From contig CAWKFG010000001.1 of NCBI GenBank assembly GCA_963848965.1, positions 288,001-352,000 on the forward strand: a stretch of 64,000 nt of DNA. Reading direction: 5' to 3'. Source of the stretch: an uncultured bacterium. GTDB taxonomy: Bacteria; Babelota; Babeliae; Babelales; Babelaceae. The position numbers were made by a program, and so were the translations under genes. Below the pieces are notes generated by a model. That model was not told the origin of the DNA, searched no databases, and worked only from the letters and a program-made list of their open reading frames with translations. The stretch's first letter is position 1. Each line of letters begins with the position of its first letter. Of this stretch, positions 30,524-39,593 are shown piece by piece.

Positions 30524-31530
30524 TAGTATCAACAGCTGGTATTACCTGGGCATCTGCTCATTACTTCTTTATTCTTATTCCTCTTGTGATGCTTACACTT
30601 ATACTACTTATTCGTCGTTATGTGTGGCAAAAGAGTAGAGTGTCACTTTTAGTAGCACCTCATCATGCTCAAAGGCTGTTGCGTCATTTTTCACTTTCTA
30701 AAGAAAAAGTGAAAGCAGGACTATTAGCAGCAGCTCTTATTTTTCTAGCACTTGCACTTGCTCGTCCTCAATGGAAGGATAAGCAAGAAATCGTAGAGCA
30801 GCATGGTAGAGATGTTCTTATTGCTTTAGATATCTCTCGCAGTATGCTTGCAGCAGATGTACCTCCTTCACGACTTGAATATGCAAAAAATAAAATTAAA
30901 AAACTTGTTCAAGCGCTTACTGCAGAACGAGTAGGACTCATTGTTTTTTCTGGAGCTCCCTTTGTACAATGTCCTTTAACCGCAGATACAAGCGCTTTTT
31001 TAACGTTCTTAGAAACCACAGATGCTGAAACAATTTCTGGTGGTACTACTGCACTTGATCAAGCGGTGCAGAAAGCACTTGATGTGTTTAGCCGTATGGC
31101 TACTAAAAAGCATAAGTTACTCGTTATTTTTACTGATGGAGAAGACTTTTCTTTACAGCTTGAAGGAATTAAGCAGAAAGCACAAGCGATGGGGCTCCAT
31201 ATTTTTACCGTTGGTATAGGAACTCCAGAAGGAGCACCCATTCCATTGCTTGATGAGCAAGGCGTTTCTCAAGGCCATCAAAAAGATGAGCAAGGCCGTA
31301 TAGTTATCTCGCGCTTGAATGAAGGACTATTACAGAAACTTTCGCAAGAATCAGGAGCATTTTATGTGCGAGGTACCTCAGATGATAAAGATATTGCAGC
31401 ATTGCTAAAACGTATTCAATCATTTGAAAAAGAAAAGTTTGAAGATAAGCGTATTGCAGCTAAGCAGGAAAAATATTATTATTTTGCTGCTTGTGCATTA
31501 GCGTGTATGCTATTGGAGTGGCTCTTATGA
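30520..31530 (+). CDS. batB: BatB-like VWA domain protein
   Basis: ALARPQW, LDISRSMLAADVPPSRL, FTDGED, GIGTPEGAPIP; ATG 30520 overlaps batA stop. Confidence 0.88.
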   Translation: MIVSTAGITWASAHYFFILIPLVMLTLILLIRRYVWQKSRVSLLVAPHHAQRLLRHFSLSKEKVKAGLLAAALIFLALALARPQWKDKQEIVEQHGRDVLIALDISRSMLAADVPPSRLEYAKNKIKKLVQALTAERVGLIVFSGAPFVQCPLTADTSAFLTFLETTDAETISGGTTALDQAVQKALDVFSRMATKKHKLLVIFTDGEDFSLQLEGIKQKAQAMGLHIFTVGIGTPEGAPIPLLDEQGVSQGHQKDEQGRIVISRLNEGLLQKLSQESGAFYVRGTSDDKDIAALLKRIQSFEKEKFEDKRIAAKQEKYYYFAACALACMLLEWLL

Positions 31531-32528
31531 TTATGTATTGTATAGTAGTATGTTTTACAGCTTTTTGTGATGCTTCATATTTTCGCTCGTGGCAAGCAGA
31601 TAAAGCATATGCTGCAGGCGATTTTGCTAGAGCACGTACCCTTTACCAAGAGGCTGTTGAAAAGAATCCTCAAGATTTGAAGGCATTATATAATGTAGGA
31701 AAAGCTGCATTTAAAGCAGAAGATTATGCTTCTGCTGCTCAAGCATTTGAAAAAGTAGGGACAACTGCTCTAACAGCACAGGAAAAAGAGCAAGCTTTTT
31801 TTAATCAAGGTGACAGCTTTGCAAAGCTCAGTCAGTATGAGAAAGCAGTTAATGCTTATAAAGAAGCACTTAAAATTAATCCTTCAAATGAACATATAAA
31901 GCAGCGTCTAGCACTTATGGAAAAACTTCTTCAAGAGCAAAAAAAGAAAGAGGAAGAAGAAAAGAAAAAGAAAGAAGAGCAGGACAAAAAAGAGAAAGAG
32001 CAGAAGCAAGAAAAGGAAAAACAAGAGAAAAACAAACAAGGCGAGCAAAAAGAGCAGAAGCAATCATCGCAACAAGAAGAAAGCGATAAAAAGAAAAAAC
32101 AGGACAAAGAGCAAACGCGCGGACAAGATTCGCAAAAAGAACGTGAGCAAGAAAAACAAAGGAAACAAGAGCAAACTCAACAAAGCGAACAAAAGGCCAG
32201 CGACGACCAAGCAGCTCAAGAAAAAGATAGAGCTCAAACTGGCAAACAGTCCGGTAGCCAAAGTGCAGAGCAAACTCGCAAAGAAGAAGCAGAGAAAGAA
32301 CAACAAGGTAAGCATAGTCAGCCCTCTCAACAAGAAATGCAAAAAAAGGAATCTGCTGCTTTAACATCACAGCAAACACGTAAAAGTATAGCAGATGAGC
32401 GATTAAATGTCTTGGAAAAAAAAGTATTAGAGGCTGCAGAACAAGAAGATACACAAATGTATAAAGCATTAGTAAAAACACAAATACAAGCAAAAATGCC
32501 GGCAAATTATGGTCAAAAAAATTGGTAA
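31527..32528 (+). CDS. batC: BatC-like TPR protein with Gln/Glu/Lys-rich tail
   Basis: TPR motifs (ALYNVG, AFFNQGD, YKEALKINP), low-complexity tail, C-terminal KNW; ATG 31527 overlaps batB stop. Confidence 0.82.
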   Translation: MIMYCIVVCFTAFCDASYFRSWQADKAYAAGDFARARTLYQEAVEKNPQDLKALYNVGKAAFKAEDYASAAQAFEKVGTTALTAQEKEQAFFNQGDSFAKLSQYEKAVNAYKEALKINPSNEHIKQRLALMEKLLQEQKKKEEEEKKKKEEQDKKEKEQKQEKEKQEKNKQGEQKEQKQSSQQEESDKKKKQDKEQTRGQDSQKEREQEKQRKQEQTQQSEQKASDDQAAQEKDRAQTGKQSGSQSAEQTRKEEAEKEQQGKHSQPSQQEMQKKESAALTSQQTRKSIADERLNVLEKKVLEAAEQEDTQMYKALVKTQIQAKMPANYGQKNW

Positions 32529-34725
32529 ATTACTTATACTATTGTATAGCACCTTTCTTGGTGCAGAAAGTGCTGTCGATCTTCAGATACTTTCAACAGC
32601 AGGGCAACCACTAAAAGCAGTTGCAGTAGGTGTACCCTTTGTTATTGCAGTAAGTTTGAAAAACTTTACGCAAGAGACAAATACACCTTATGTAGCTGGT
32701 ATAGAGCAGCTTGAGCTGTTACATACAAGTCAGCAGATGAACACTATGATTATTAATGGAACTACGACTAGTGAAAGAAAGTATCTTTTTCAAGTTCGCG
32801 CTCGTGAATCGGGTACACTCACAATTGGTCCTGCTTCTATTACAAAGCCACAAGCTTTACAATCTTCTGTAGTATCATTACCAGTCGAGGCAGAAAGCAC
32901 AAAAACCACTTTGAAAGGAAAAGCTCAGTATGAGTTTATTATAGACAAAAAAGAGCCCTTTGTAGGTGAAAAAGTTCCTTTTACTTTGCGTTTTTCTTAT
33001 GCCCAGCCAGATCTTAAAATACGTGCTTTAGAAGAACCTGAAGTAAAGGAGATACGTATACAAACAAATAAAGAAGTGATTGCAAAAAATGTAAGTCAAG
33101 CAGGGCAAGCATATACAGTACAAGAGGTGCACGGCTATTTATATCCAGAAGAGCCGGGCACATTTGTTCTTCCTGCTTTAATTGCAGAATTTGCAGCACC
33201 AGATACAAGCTTTGGCATCTTTTCGTTTTTTGCAAAACGGGAACAAATTTATTCAAATGCAGTTACTCTTAAAGTTTTACCGTTGCCACCTACATCTGAA
33301 GCAGCTCATGCTGTTGGCAAATTTAGAAATCTCTATGCTACTATAAGCCAGTCTCAGATTAATCAAGGAGAGGGTACAGCGCTTACTATCAGTGTAGAAG
33401 GAACTGGTAACGTAGAAAGTGCAAAAGCACCTACACTTGTGCTACCTGAAGGACTTAAATATTATGAATCAAAGGCAACGGTAGAAGGACAAGGTCCCGA
33501 CTATGTAAAGCGCTTTGAATATGTAGTGCAAGCAATTCAGCCGGGTGCCTGGCTGATTCCGCAGCAATCCTTTGTGTATTTTGATCCAGAAAAGAAAGCA
33601 TACAAAACATTATATACAAAACCTCTGCCGCTTGAAGTAAAAGAAGGAACTCCTGTAACTCCAGTAGAACAAGGTATGCCAGAAGAGCCGCAAGAACAAC
33701 CGAGTGCTGAAAAAGATTTTATCCCACAGTCATTATGGCACTTACCGCTGTGGTTGTTTGCTTGTTTATTAGCATTTCCTTTATTTGTATTAGTGAGTAA
33801 AGAGCTCTTTATACGTTTACAACAACTATTACGCAAAAGGTATACAGGATATCGAGCGTTTGCTGCAGCTCGTAGTAAGATTAAGAATGCTCAAGCAGAT
33901 ACTCTTTATACTTCTATCAAAGAAGCATTTGCACAGTACTTGGTAAAAAGTTCTATTACTCAGGAAGATATTGAGAAAGTACTTACAGCATGGGGTCTTA
34001 CATATGAAGAAAAGATGCAATGGCAGCAGTTTGTAACAGCGCTATTAGAGCATAGTTCTTACGCACCATCCCATAGTAAAAAAAATGTAAAAGAGCTTAT
34101 ACATGAAGCAGATACATGGCTTTCTCTGTTTTATAAGAAAGCAAAAATGCAACCAACGCTCACTCTTATGATGCTCTGTCTTATCTCTTTTTCTCTTGTT
34201 TCTGAGCCACGTGAAGGGCTTCTTAATAAAGCTCTCTATATGCGTAGAGCAGAACAGACAACGTGGGGCTCGGATGTCGCTTCTATAGATACAGAGGTTG
34301 AAAATCTTAAAGAGCAAGCGGGAACAGTATCGAGAAAGCGATATTCTCCTTTATTTACAACACTTTATTATGCTTTTAGCAAAGTGCCCTTTGTCATATG
34401 GCAGCTTTTTTTTATTTGCCTCTGGTGGGCTTTAATTTTCTATGGTAGCCTAGTCAAAATGCGCTATCGTATCCTCCTTGTGCTTGCATGGCTCTTTGTA
34501 GGATGGGGCGTAATAACAATAGTGTATGGAAAATATGGACAATGGGCTTTTGTACAGAGATCACAAGCACTTCTGTATATTGGACCAGATACGACATATC
34601 CAAATAAGGGAGAACTCAGTTTTTTAGATGAGGTATATACAATGAAAAAACAAGGTAACTGGTATTATGTATCATCCCCTCTTGGTACAGGATGGCTATC
34701 TGGTAGAGACATAGAGCTTGTATAA
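32509..34725 (+). CDS. batD: BatD-like protein fused to a BatE-like TM/SH3 region
   Basis: IINGTTT, LTIGPA, AVGKF, VEGTGNV, YFDPEKKAY motifs; C-terminal LYIGPDTTYP...GNWYYV...GTGWL. Confidence 0.8.
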   Translation: MVKKIGKLLILLYSTFLGAESAVDLQILSTAGQPLKAVAVGVPFVIAVSLKNFTQETNTPYVAGIEQLELLHTSQQMNTMIINGTTTSERKYLFQVRARESGTLTIGPASITKPQALQSSVVSLPVEAESTKTTLKGKAQYEFIIDKKEPFVGEKVPFTLRFSYAQPDLKIRALEEPEVKEIRIQTNKEVIAKNVSQAGQAYTVQEVHGYLYPEEPGTFVLPALIAEFAAPDTSFGIFSFFAKREQIYSNAVTLKVLPLPPTSEAAHAVGKFRNLYATISQSQINQGEGTALTISVEGTGNVESAKAPTLVLPEGLKYYESKATVEGQGPDYVKRFEYVVQAIQPGAWLIPQQSFVYFDPEKKAYKTLYTKPLPLEVKEGTPVTPVEQGMPEEPQEQPSAEKDFIPQSLWHLPLWLFACLLAFPLFVLVSKELFIRLQQLLRKRYTGYRAFAAARSKIKNAQADTLYTSIKEAFAQYLVKSSITQEDIEKVLTAWGLTYEEKMQWQQFVTALLEHSSYAPSHSKKNVKELIHEADTWLSLFYKKAKMQPTLTLMMLCLISFSLVSEPREGLLNKALYMRRAEQTTWGSDVASIDTEVENLKEQAGTVSRKRYSPLFTTLYYAFSKVPFVIWQLFFICLWWALIFYGSLVKMRYRILLVLAWLFVGWGVITIVYGKYGQWAFVQRSQALLYIGPDTTYPNKGELSFLDEVYTMKKQGNWYYVSSPLGTGWLSGRDIELV

Positions 34726-34745
34726 TAAGAGAGTAGGTTACCAAC

Positions 34746-35624
34746 ATGAATATATCATTAAACAAGCTCTTGGTAGTTAGTTGGTTTAGTGTAATGACTA
34801 TAATTAGCGGTTTTTTAGTAGCAGAATATCAATTTTTTAGAGCTCAAGCATTGCAACTTGAACAGCTAAAAGATGATTATTCTCAGCATATAGCGCTTTT
34901 AAAGAAACGTATGGATCGTTACAGTGAGCAGCCTGAAGGAGATGGGTTAAAAAAAAACTCAATAAGTACTGATACAAAAGAGGTAAAAAGACTTTTATTA
35001 GTAAATAGAGCATGCAACTATTTGCAACAATCAGCTCTTTCTTTTGTACGTACGTATAATAAAGAGTATGCACTTAAGAATGTGTGTGAAGCTCCTTCAA
35101 TAAAAACTACGAATGTAAAGAAGCGAACAACAAAGAGACCTCTGAAAGCACGTCGGCGTAAAAAGCAAAGTATACCTATAGAAAGCCAGTGGCATAAGTT
35201 GCAACGAGAGCCTCTGTTTCGGTGGCCGCTTGAACGTTCAACATTTTGGTTGAGCTCTCCTTTTGGGCCGCGTAAAAAGCCTAATGGTACGTGGGGATTT
35301 CATAGGGGAATAGATTTAGCAGCTCCTCGTGGTACTCCGGTAAAGGCTGCTGGTGATGGTATAGTAGTACAAGCTACCTATGACCCTGAAGGGTATGGTA
35401 ATACAATTGTTATTGAGCATGATCATAAATTTAGAACACGTTATGCACATTTAGATAAAATATACGTGCATAGGGGACAAAAAATTAAGCAAGGAGAGTA
35501 TATTGGTAGAGTAGGAGCTACAGGATTTGTACGTAAAAGTAGAAGAGGAAGCAGTGGTACACACCTACATTTTGAGGTGTATGTTTTTGGAAAGCACGAA
35601 AACCCATTTCATTTTCTTGCTTAA
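34746..35624 (+). CDS. M23 family metallopeptidase
   Basis: HRGIDLAAPRGTPV, YGNTIVIEH, TRYAHL, HLHFEV; N-terminal anchor and coiled coil. Confidence 0.93.
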   Translation: MNISLNKLLVVSWFSVMTIISGFLVAEYQFFRAQALQLEQLKDDYSQHIALLKKRMDRYSEQPEGDGLKKNSISTDTKEVKRLLLVNRACNYLQQSALSFVRTYNKEYALKNVCEAPSIKTTNVKKRTTKRPLKARRRKKQSIPIESQWHKLQREPLFRWPLERSTFWLSSPFGPRKKPNGTWGFHRGIDLAAPRGTPVKAAGDGIVVQATYDPEGYGNTIVIEHDHKFRTRYAHLDKIYVHRGQKIKQGEYIGRVGATGFVRKSRRGSSGTHLHFEVYVFGKHENPFHFLA

Positions 35625-35676
35625 ATACTCGAGAGAGTATACTATATATGCGGATATTGATTGAAAGGATTTTTTT

Positions 35677-36552
35677 ATGAAAGTTATGCAACGAATACTC
35701 GGTAGATTTTATGATGTTCCTTTAATAAGGCTCGTATTTGAGATAGTTTTTGTCATTTTACCAGTAGCGTTTCTTATTCGAACGTTCGGATTTGGCTTAT
35801 ATCAAGTCCCTACAGGTTCAATGGAAACAACATTGTTGGTAGGTGAACGGTTCTTTGCAGATAAGTTAAGTTATTGGTTTAGACCTCCACAACGCGGAGA
35901 AATTATTGCATTTAATGATCCACGTTATCCTTATTCTTCAAACTCTGCGGTAAATTTTTGGCAGCGGTATGTCTCTTGGAATGTATCTAACTGGACAAAG
36001 CGTGTTATAGGTGTTCCGGGCGATCATGTGCAAGGAAAGATAGAAGATGGTAAACCTGTAGTCTATGTAAATGATGTTAAGCTTGATGAAAGTGCATACA
36101 TAAATAAATACCCGCTTATTATGGTATGGAAACAACCAGGAACATTTACTGAAGGTGCTCGCAAACGTGAATGGGACCAAAAGACATTTGATCCTGCATT
36201 GCCGTGGGATAAACAACTCTATTATAAGATCAATCCTAATAGTATTGTAGTAAATCCTCATACTCTTGAACCTTATGTTGCTTATCCAGGTACTCCACAT
36301 CCTGCTGGTAAAGATGTTTTTGACGTACATCTTAAGGAGAATGAGTATTGGGTAATGGGAGATAATAGGCAAGGAAGTTCTGACTCTCGAGAATGGGGAG
36401 TACTTGATGGAAAGCTTATTCACGGTAAAATTATCTATAGAATATGGTCGATGGATACTAGTGAGTCTTGGTGGTTTATAGACTTGCTTAAGAACCCTAT
36501 CAGTTTCTGGAAAAAAGTGCGCTGGAATAGGTGCTTTCAGTGGGTTAAGTAA
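35677..36552 (+). CDS. lepB: Signal peptidase I
   Basis: VPTGSMETTL, KRVIGVPGD, MGDNRQGSSDSREWG. Confidence 0.95.
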   Translation: MKVMQRILGRFYDVPLIRLVFEIVFVILPVAFLIRTFGFGLYQVPTGSMETTLLVGERFFADKLSYWFRPPQRGEIIAFNDPRYPYSSNSAVNFWQRYVSWNVSNWTKRVIGVPGDHVQGKIEDGKPVVYVNDVKLDESAYINKYPLIMVWKQPGTFTEGARKREWDQKTFDPALPWDKQLYYKINPNSIVVNPHTLEPYVAYPGTPHPAGKDVFDVHLKENEYWVMGDNRQGSSDSREWGVLDGKLIHGKIIYRIWSMDTSESWWFIDLLKNPISFWKKVRWNRCFQWVK

Positions 36553-36646
36553 GGAGGTGAGTAAGGGCCTAAATAGGAAAAAGTTGCATTAATACGAAAT
36601 TGTGATACATTAATAATATGATATATACTATTAAGACAGGAACAAG

Positions 36647-37186
36647 ATGAGCAAAAGAAGAGAAAGTTATATATTTTTCGGTTTTCTTTTAACTGTCGTT
36701 ATGCTTACACCTGCATGCGAATGGCTTGGGATTGGTAAAGGTAAGAAAGCAGAACAACAAGCTGCCCCAGCACAGCAACAAGACGTAAAATTAAAAATAG
36801 TTGACGTTAACGAAGAAAAGATTTATAAAGATGCTCATATAGCAGGAGCGGTACACATCCCTTATGATAGGCTTGAAACCGAAACTGCTCAATGGGATAA
36901 AAATACTCCTATAGTGACCTATTGCACAACCTATGAATGTACAGAAAGTCATAGAGCGGCAAAGAAATTGAAAGAGCTTGGATTCACTAATGTACGTGTT
37001 TACGAAGGAGGAATAAACGATTGGCATAAGCATGCTCAAGAAAACAAAGCGGCTTATCCATACGAAGGATCTGCTACCGAAGCTTATCTGACAAAGTCAG
37101 TAAGTAAACCGGAAGGCAGAGAGAGCGATGTGCCTTCTATCACAGCAGAAGAATTGAGCAAGAGTATTGAAGAGGCGAGAAAGTAA
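36647..37186 (+). CDS. Rhodanese-like domain protein, probable lipoprotein
   Basis: IVDVN..HIAGAVHIP..IVTYC..LGFTNVRVYEGGINDW; signal peptide ending LTPAC. Confidence 0.85.
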   Translation: MSKRRESYIFFGFLLTVVMLTPACEWLGIGKGKKAEQQAAPAQQQDVKLKIVDVNEEKIYKDAHIAGAVHIPYDRLETETAQWDKNTPIVTYCTTYECTESHRAAKKLKELGFTNVRVYEGGINDWHKHAQENKAAYPYEGSATEAYLTKSVSKPEGRESDVPSITAEELSKSIEEARK

Positions 37187-37195
37187 AAAAATTTT

Positions 37196-37269
37196 GGCGG
37201 CATAGCCAAGGGGTAAGGCAAGGGTCTGCAAAACCCTGATCCCCGGTTCGAATCCGGGTGCCGCCTCCA
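37196..37269 (+). tRNA. tRNA-Cys(GCA)
   Basis: GGCGGCA...TGCCGCC-T-CCA; anticodon arm AGGGT-CTGCAAA-ACCCT. Confidence 0.96.
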
Positions 37270-37277
37270 TAAAAATC

Positions 37278-37362
37278 GCCGAGGTGGCGGAATGGTAGAC
37301 GCAAAGGACTTAAAATCCTTCGGGCTATGCCCGTGCCGGTTCGAGTCCGGCTCTCGGCACCA
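37278..37362 (+). tRNA. tRNA-Leu(TAA)
   Basis: GCCGAGG...TCTCGGC-A-CCA; AAGGA-CTTAAAA-TCCTT; long variable arm. Confidence 0.96.
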
Positions 37363-37400
37363 GACTTCGCTCCTCAAGGAGCTACGCCTGGCACGGCCAG
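37360..37400 (+). repeat. REP-like element starting at the tRNA-Leu CCA
   Basis: CCAGAC-TTC-GCTCCT-CA-AGGAGC-TAC-GCCTGG-CACGGCCAG. Confidence 0.7.
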
Positions 37401-37485
37401 TCTATGCCAGATAGCTGCTTTTGGTGAGCTAAGAAAAGAATAGTGATAGTTGTTTAACAATAAAACCAATAATAAAGGAATATCT

Positions 37486-37764
37486 ATGAGCAATAAAGCC
37501 AAATTAATCGAACAAATGGCTAAAATGTCAAAGACTCCAAAAGCAACTTGCAAAAAAGTACTTGAGTCATTTATCAAGTCTGTTGCAACCACTCTTAAAG
37601 GTGGAAAATCTGTAGTTCTTACAGGTTTTGGTAGCTTTAATACCATTAAACGTAAAAGCCGTGTTGGGATCAACCCAGCAACAGGTAAGAAGATGCAAAT
37701 TCCTGCTAAGCGTGTAGCTAAATTCAAGCCAGGAAAAGCACTTCGCGATATGGTTGCACAGTAA
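37486..37764 (+). CDS. hup: HU family DNA-binding protein
   Basis: NKAKLIEQMA...VLTGFGSF...RVGINPATGKKMQIPAKRVAKFKPGKALRD; ATG 37486 after AAGGA. Confidence 0.95.
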   Translation: MSNKAKLIEQMAKMSKTPKATCKKVLESFIKSVATTLKGGKSVVLTGFGSFNTIKRKSRVGINPATGKKMQIPAKRVAKFKPGKALRDMVAQ

Positions 37765-37776
37765 ACTATTTCGTTC

Positions 37777-37805
37777 AAGAGGGAGCGCAAGCTCCCTCTT
37801 TTTTT
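37777..37805 (+). terminator. Intrinsic terminator
   Basis: AAGAGGGAGC-GCAA-GCTCCCTCTT followed by T run. Confidence 0.88.
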
Positions 37806-37908
37806 ATGCCCATTTTTGTTTTCCATAAAATTTCTTTAAATGCTTGTATTGCCTTTACGTTTGTATATACTGAGACACAGCTTGGTTTCTTTTTAACAAG
37901 GAGTAAGT

Positions 37909-38256
37909 ATGGAACAGGCAGAAAAAGTAAAAGGATGGGATGTCTTTAACAAACCTACGAGTTGGTATGTGCATTTAGGCATGTTTTTTGTTATTGGTTT
38001 TGTAGGTGGATTTGTGCTCAAGCATTTTGGTCGCTATATTATATTTCTTCTTATTATAGGTGGCCTTTTATTGTGGAGCTTAGAATTGCTTAATATTATT
38101 ACCATTAACTATGCTTCTTTTAAAGCTCTTATGGGGCTTTCAACTGATACAACGCTTAATGGATTAGGTACTGAACTAAGTAACTGGATACATACACATA
38201 TCTCAGAGACTATTGCTCTTGGACTTGGGTTTGTCTTTTCATGGATGTTTATGTAG
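37909..38256 (+). CDS. Small membrane protein, FUN14-family-like
   Basis: LGMFFVIGFVGGFVLKHFGRY...GGLLLWSLELLNIITINY...GLGFVFSW resembles the FUN14 pattern by eye. Confidence 0.6.
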   Translation: MEQAEKVKGWDVFNKPTSWYVHLGMFFVIGFVGGFVLKHFGRYIIFLLIIGGLLLWSLELLNIITINYASFKALMGLSTDTTLNGLGTELSNWIHTHISETIALGLGFVFSWMFM

Positions 38257-39413
38257 CAACCGACGCTCCTGCTATAGCACTAGTTGATGATATTATTAGT
38301 AAAGCAGTACATCTACGAGCTTCGGATGTTCATATAGAGCCTACGAGTACTTACTTGCGAATAAGAATACGTGTTGACGGTCTTTTGCATGATAGTAGTA
38401 CTATAGGCTCAGACTATGCACGACAAGTTATTTCTCGTATTAAAGTGCTTTCTCACATGGATATCTCAGAGCGTCGTATTCCCCAAGATGGAAAATTTAT
38501 CTTTTCTTATGAAAAGCACGCCATTGATGTGCGCGTAGCTACATTTCCTAGCATCTATGGAGAGAAGGTTGTTCTTCGTATTTTAGACAGAAGCACAACT
38601 GCACTTGCTTTAGAAGAGTTAGGATTTGATGCTATGTTGCTGGAAACAATACAAAAGCTTTCTCAACGAGCTACAGGTTTTTTTCTTGTTACAGGTCCTA
38701 CAGGATCAGGCAAAACAACAACATTACATGCAATGCTTGCTGCAGCACGAACGACATCAAAGAATATCGTATCACTTGAAGATCCTATTGAATACACAAT
38801 AGAGGGTATAACACAAGCACAGATATATCCTGCAATTGGTTTTACCTTTGAGCATGGTATTCGTGCTTTATTAAGACAGGATCCTGATATTATTATGGTG
38901 GGAGAAATACGAGACAAACAAACTGCACATGTTGCTTTACAAGCAGCAATAACGGGGCATCTTGTGTTAAGTACATTGCATACTAATGATGCTACAAGCT
39001 CTGTAGTACGGTTACTCGATATGGGTATTGAGCCGTTTTTGTTAAATGCTGCAGTAACAGGTGTTCTTTCTCAACGGCTTGTACGTAAACTGTGCAATGA
39101 ATGTAAATACCTTACGCCATTATCAGATGTAGAAAGTACGTTTATACAAGAGTATAAAATTCCTCTTGTAAGCTCATATATAAGTAGGGGTTGCACATCC
39201 TGTAGAGGAATAGGGTATAAAGGACGCATAGGACTATTTGAGCTTTTGGTTATGTCTCATGAACTTCGTGCTTTAATTATGCAACGACCTTCTTTTGATA
39301 CTCTTTACAAGCAAGCATGTACTGAAGGTATGAGACCATTATTGCTTGATGCTGCAGATAAAATAGATACAGGTAGTACGAGTGTGGTAGAGGTTATGCG
39401 TGTTCTTATGTGA
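38241..39413 (+). CDS. GspE/PilB-family secretion ATPase lacking the N-terminal domain
   Basis: RASDVHIEP, ERRIPQDG, TGPTGSGKTTTL, EDPIE, LRQDPDIIMVGEIRD, STLHTND, two CxxC. Confidence 0.95.
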   Translation: MDVYVATDAPAIALVDDIISKAVHLRASDVHIEPTSTYLRIRIRVDGLLHDSSTIGSDYARQVISRIKVLSHMDISERRIPQDGKFIFSYEKHAIDVRVATFPSIYGEKVVLRILDRSTTALALEELGFDAMLLETIQKLSQRATGFFLVTGPTGSGKTTTLHAMLAAARTTSKNIVSLEDPIEYTIEGITQAQIYPAIGFTFEHGIRALLRQDPDIIMVGEIRDKQTAHVALQAAITGHLVLSTLHTNDATSSVVRLLDMGIEPFLLNAAVTGVLSQRLVRKLCNECKYLTPLSDVESTFIQEYKIPLVSSYISRGCTSCRGIGYKGRIGLFELLVMSHELRALIMQRPSFDTLYKQACTEGMRPLLLDAADKIDTGSTSVVEVMRVLM

Positions 39414-39531
39414 TTGTTCAATGAGCGCTAATCCAAGTAAGGCAAGAGCTACCGTCTTATTATTCCTTTAGAATGAGCTGTTTGTAAATGTTTTCAGTAG
39501 AGCAAACGTAGGTCTTATGCAAAAGCTCTAC

Positions 39532-39580
39532 TTGATTTAATGGCAATTTAATGGCATAATAATGGCAAATTAATGGCATT
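39532..39580 (+). promoter_or_regulatory. Promoter overlapped by four 11-bp-period direct repeats (TAATGGCA)
   Basis: TAATGGCA at 39538, 39549, 39560 and 39571; TTGATT-N17-CATAAT. Confidence 0.7.
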
Positions 39581-39593
39581 GAAAGTGCAACAT

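Noticed and set aside
31915..32505. 196-aa hydrophobic minus-strand ORF
   Set aside because: Antisense mirror of the purine-rich Gln/Glu/Lys tail of batC.
34949..34957. A9 tract in the M23 gene as a slippage or phase-variation site
   Set aside because: The ORF is intact and similar A/T runs occur in other genes of this AT-rich window.
37084..37377. 97-aa minus-strand ORF, and similar ORFs at 58881-59178
   Set aside because: Antisense readings of tRNA genes.
39537..39580. Tandem repeats as a mini-CRISPR or iteron origin
   Set aside because: Unit is only 11 bp with no spacers, and no cas or rep gene is nearby.
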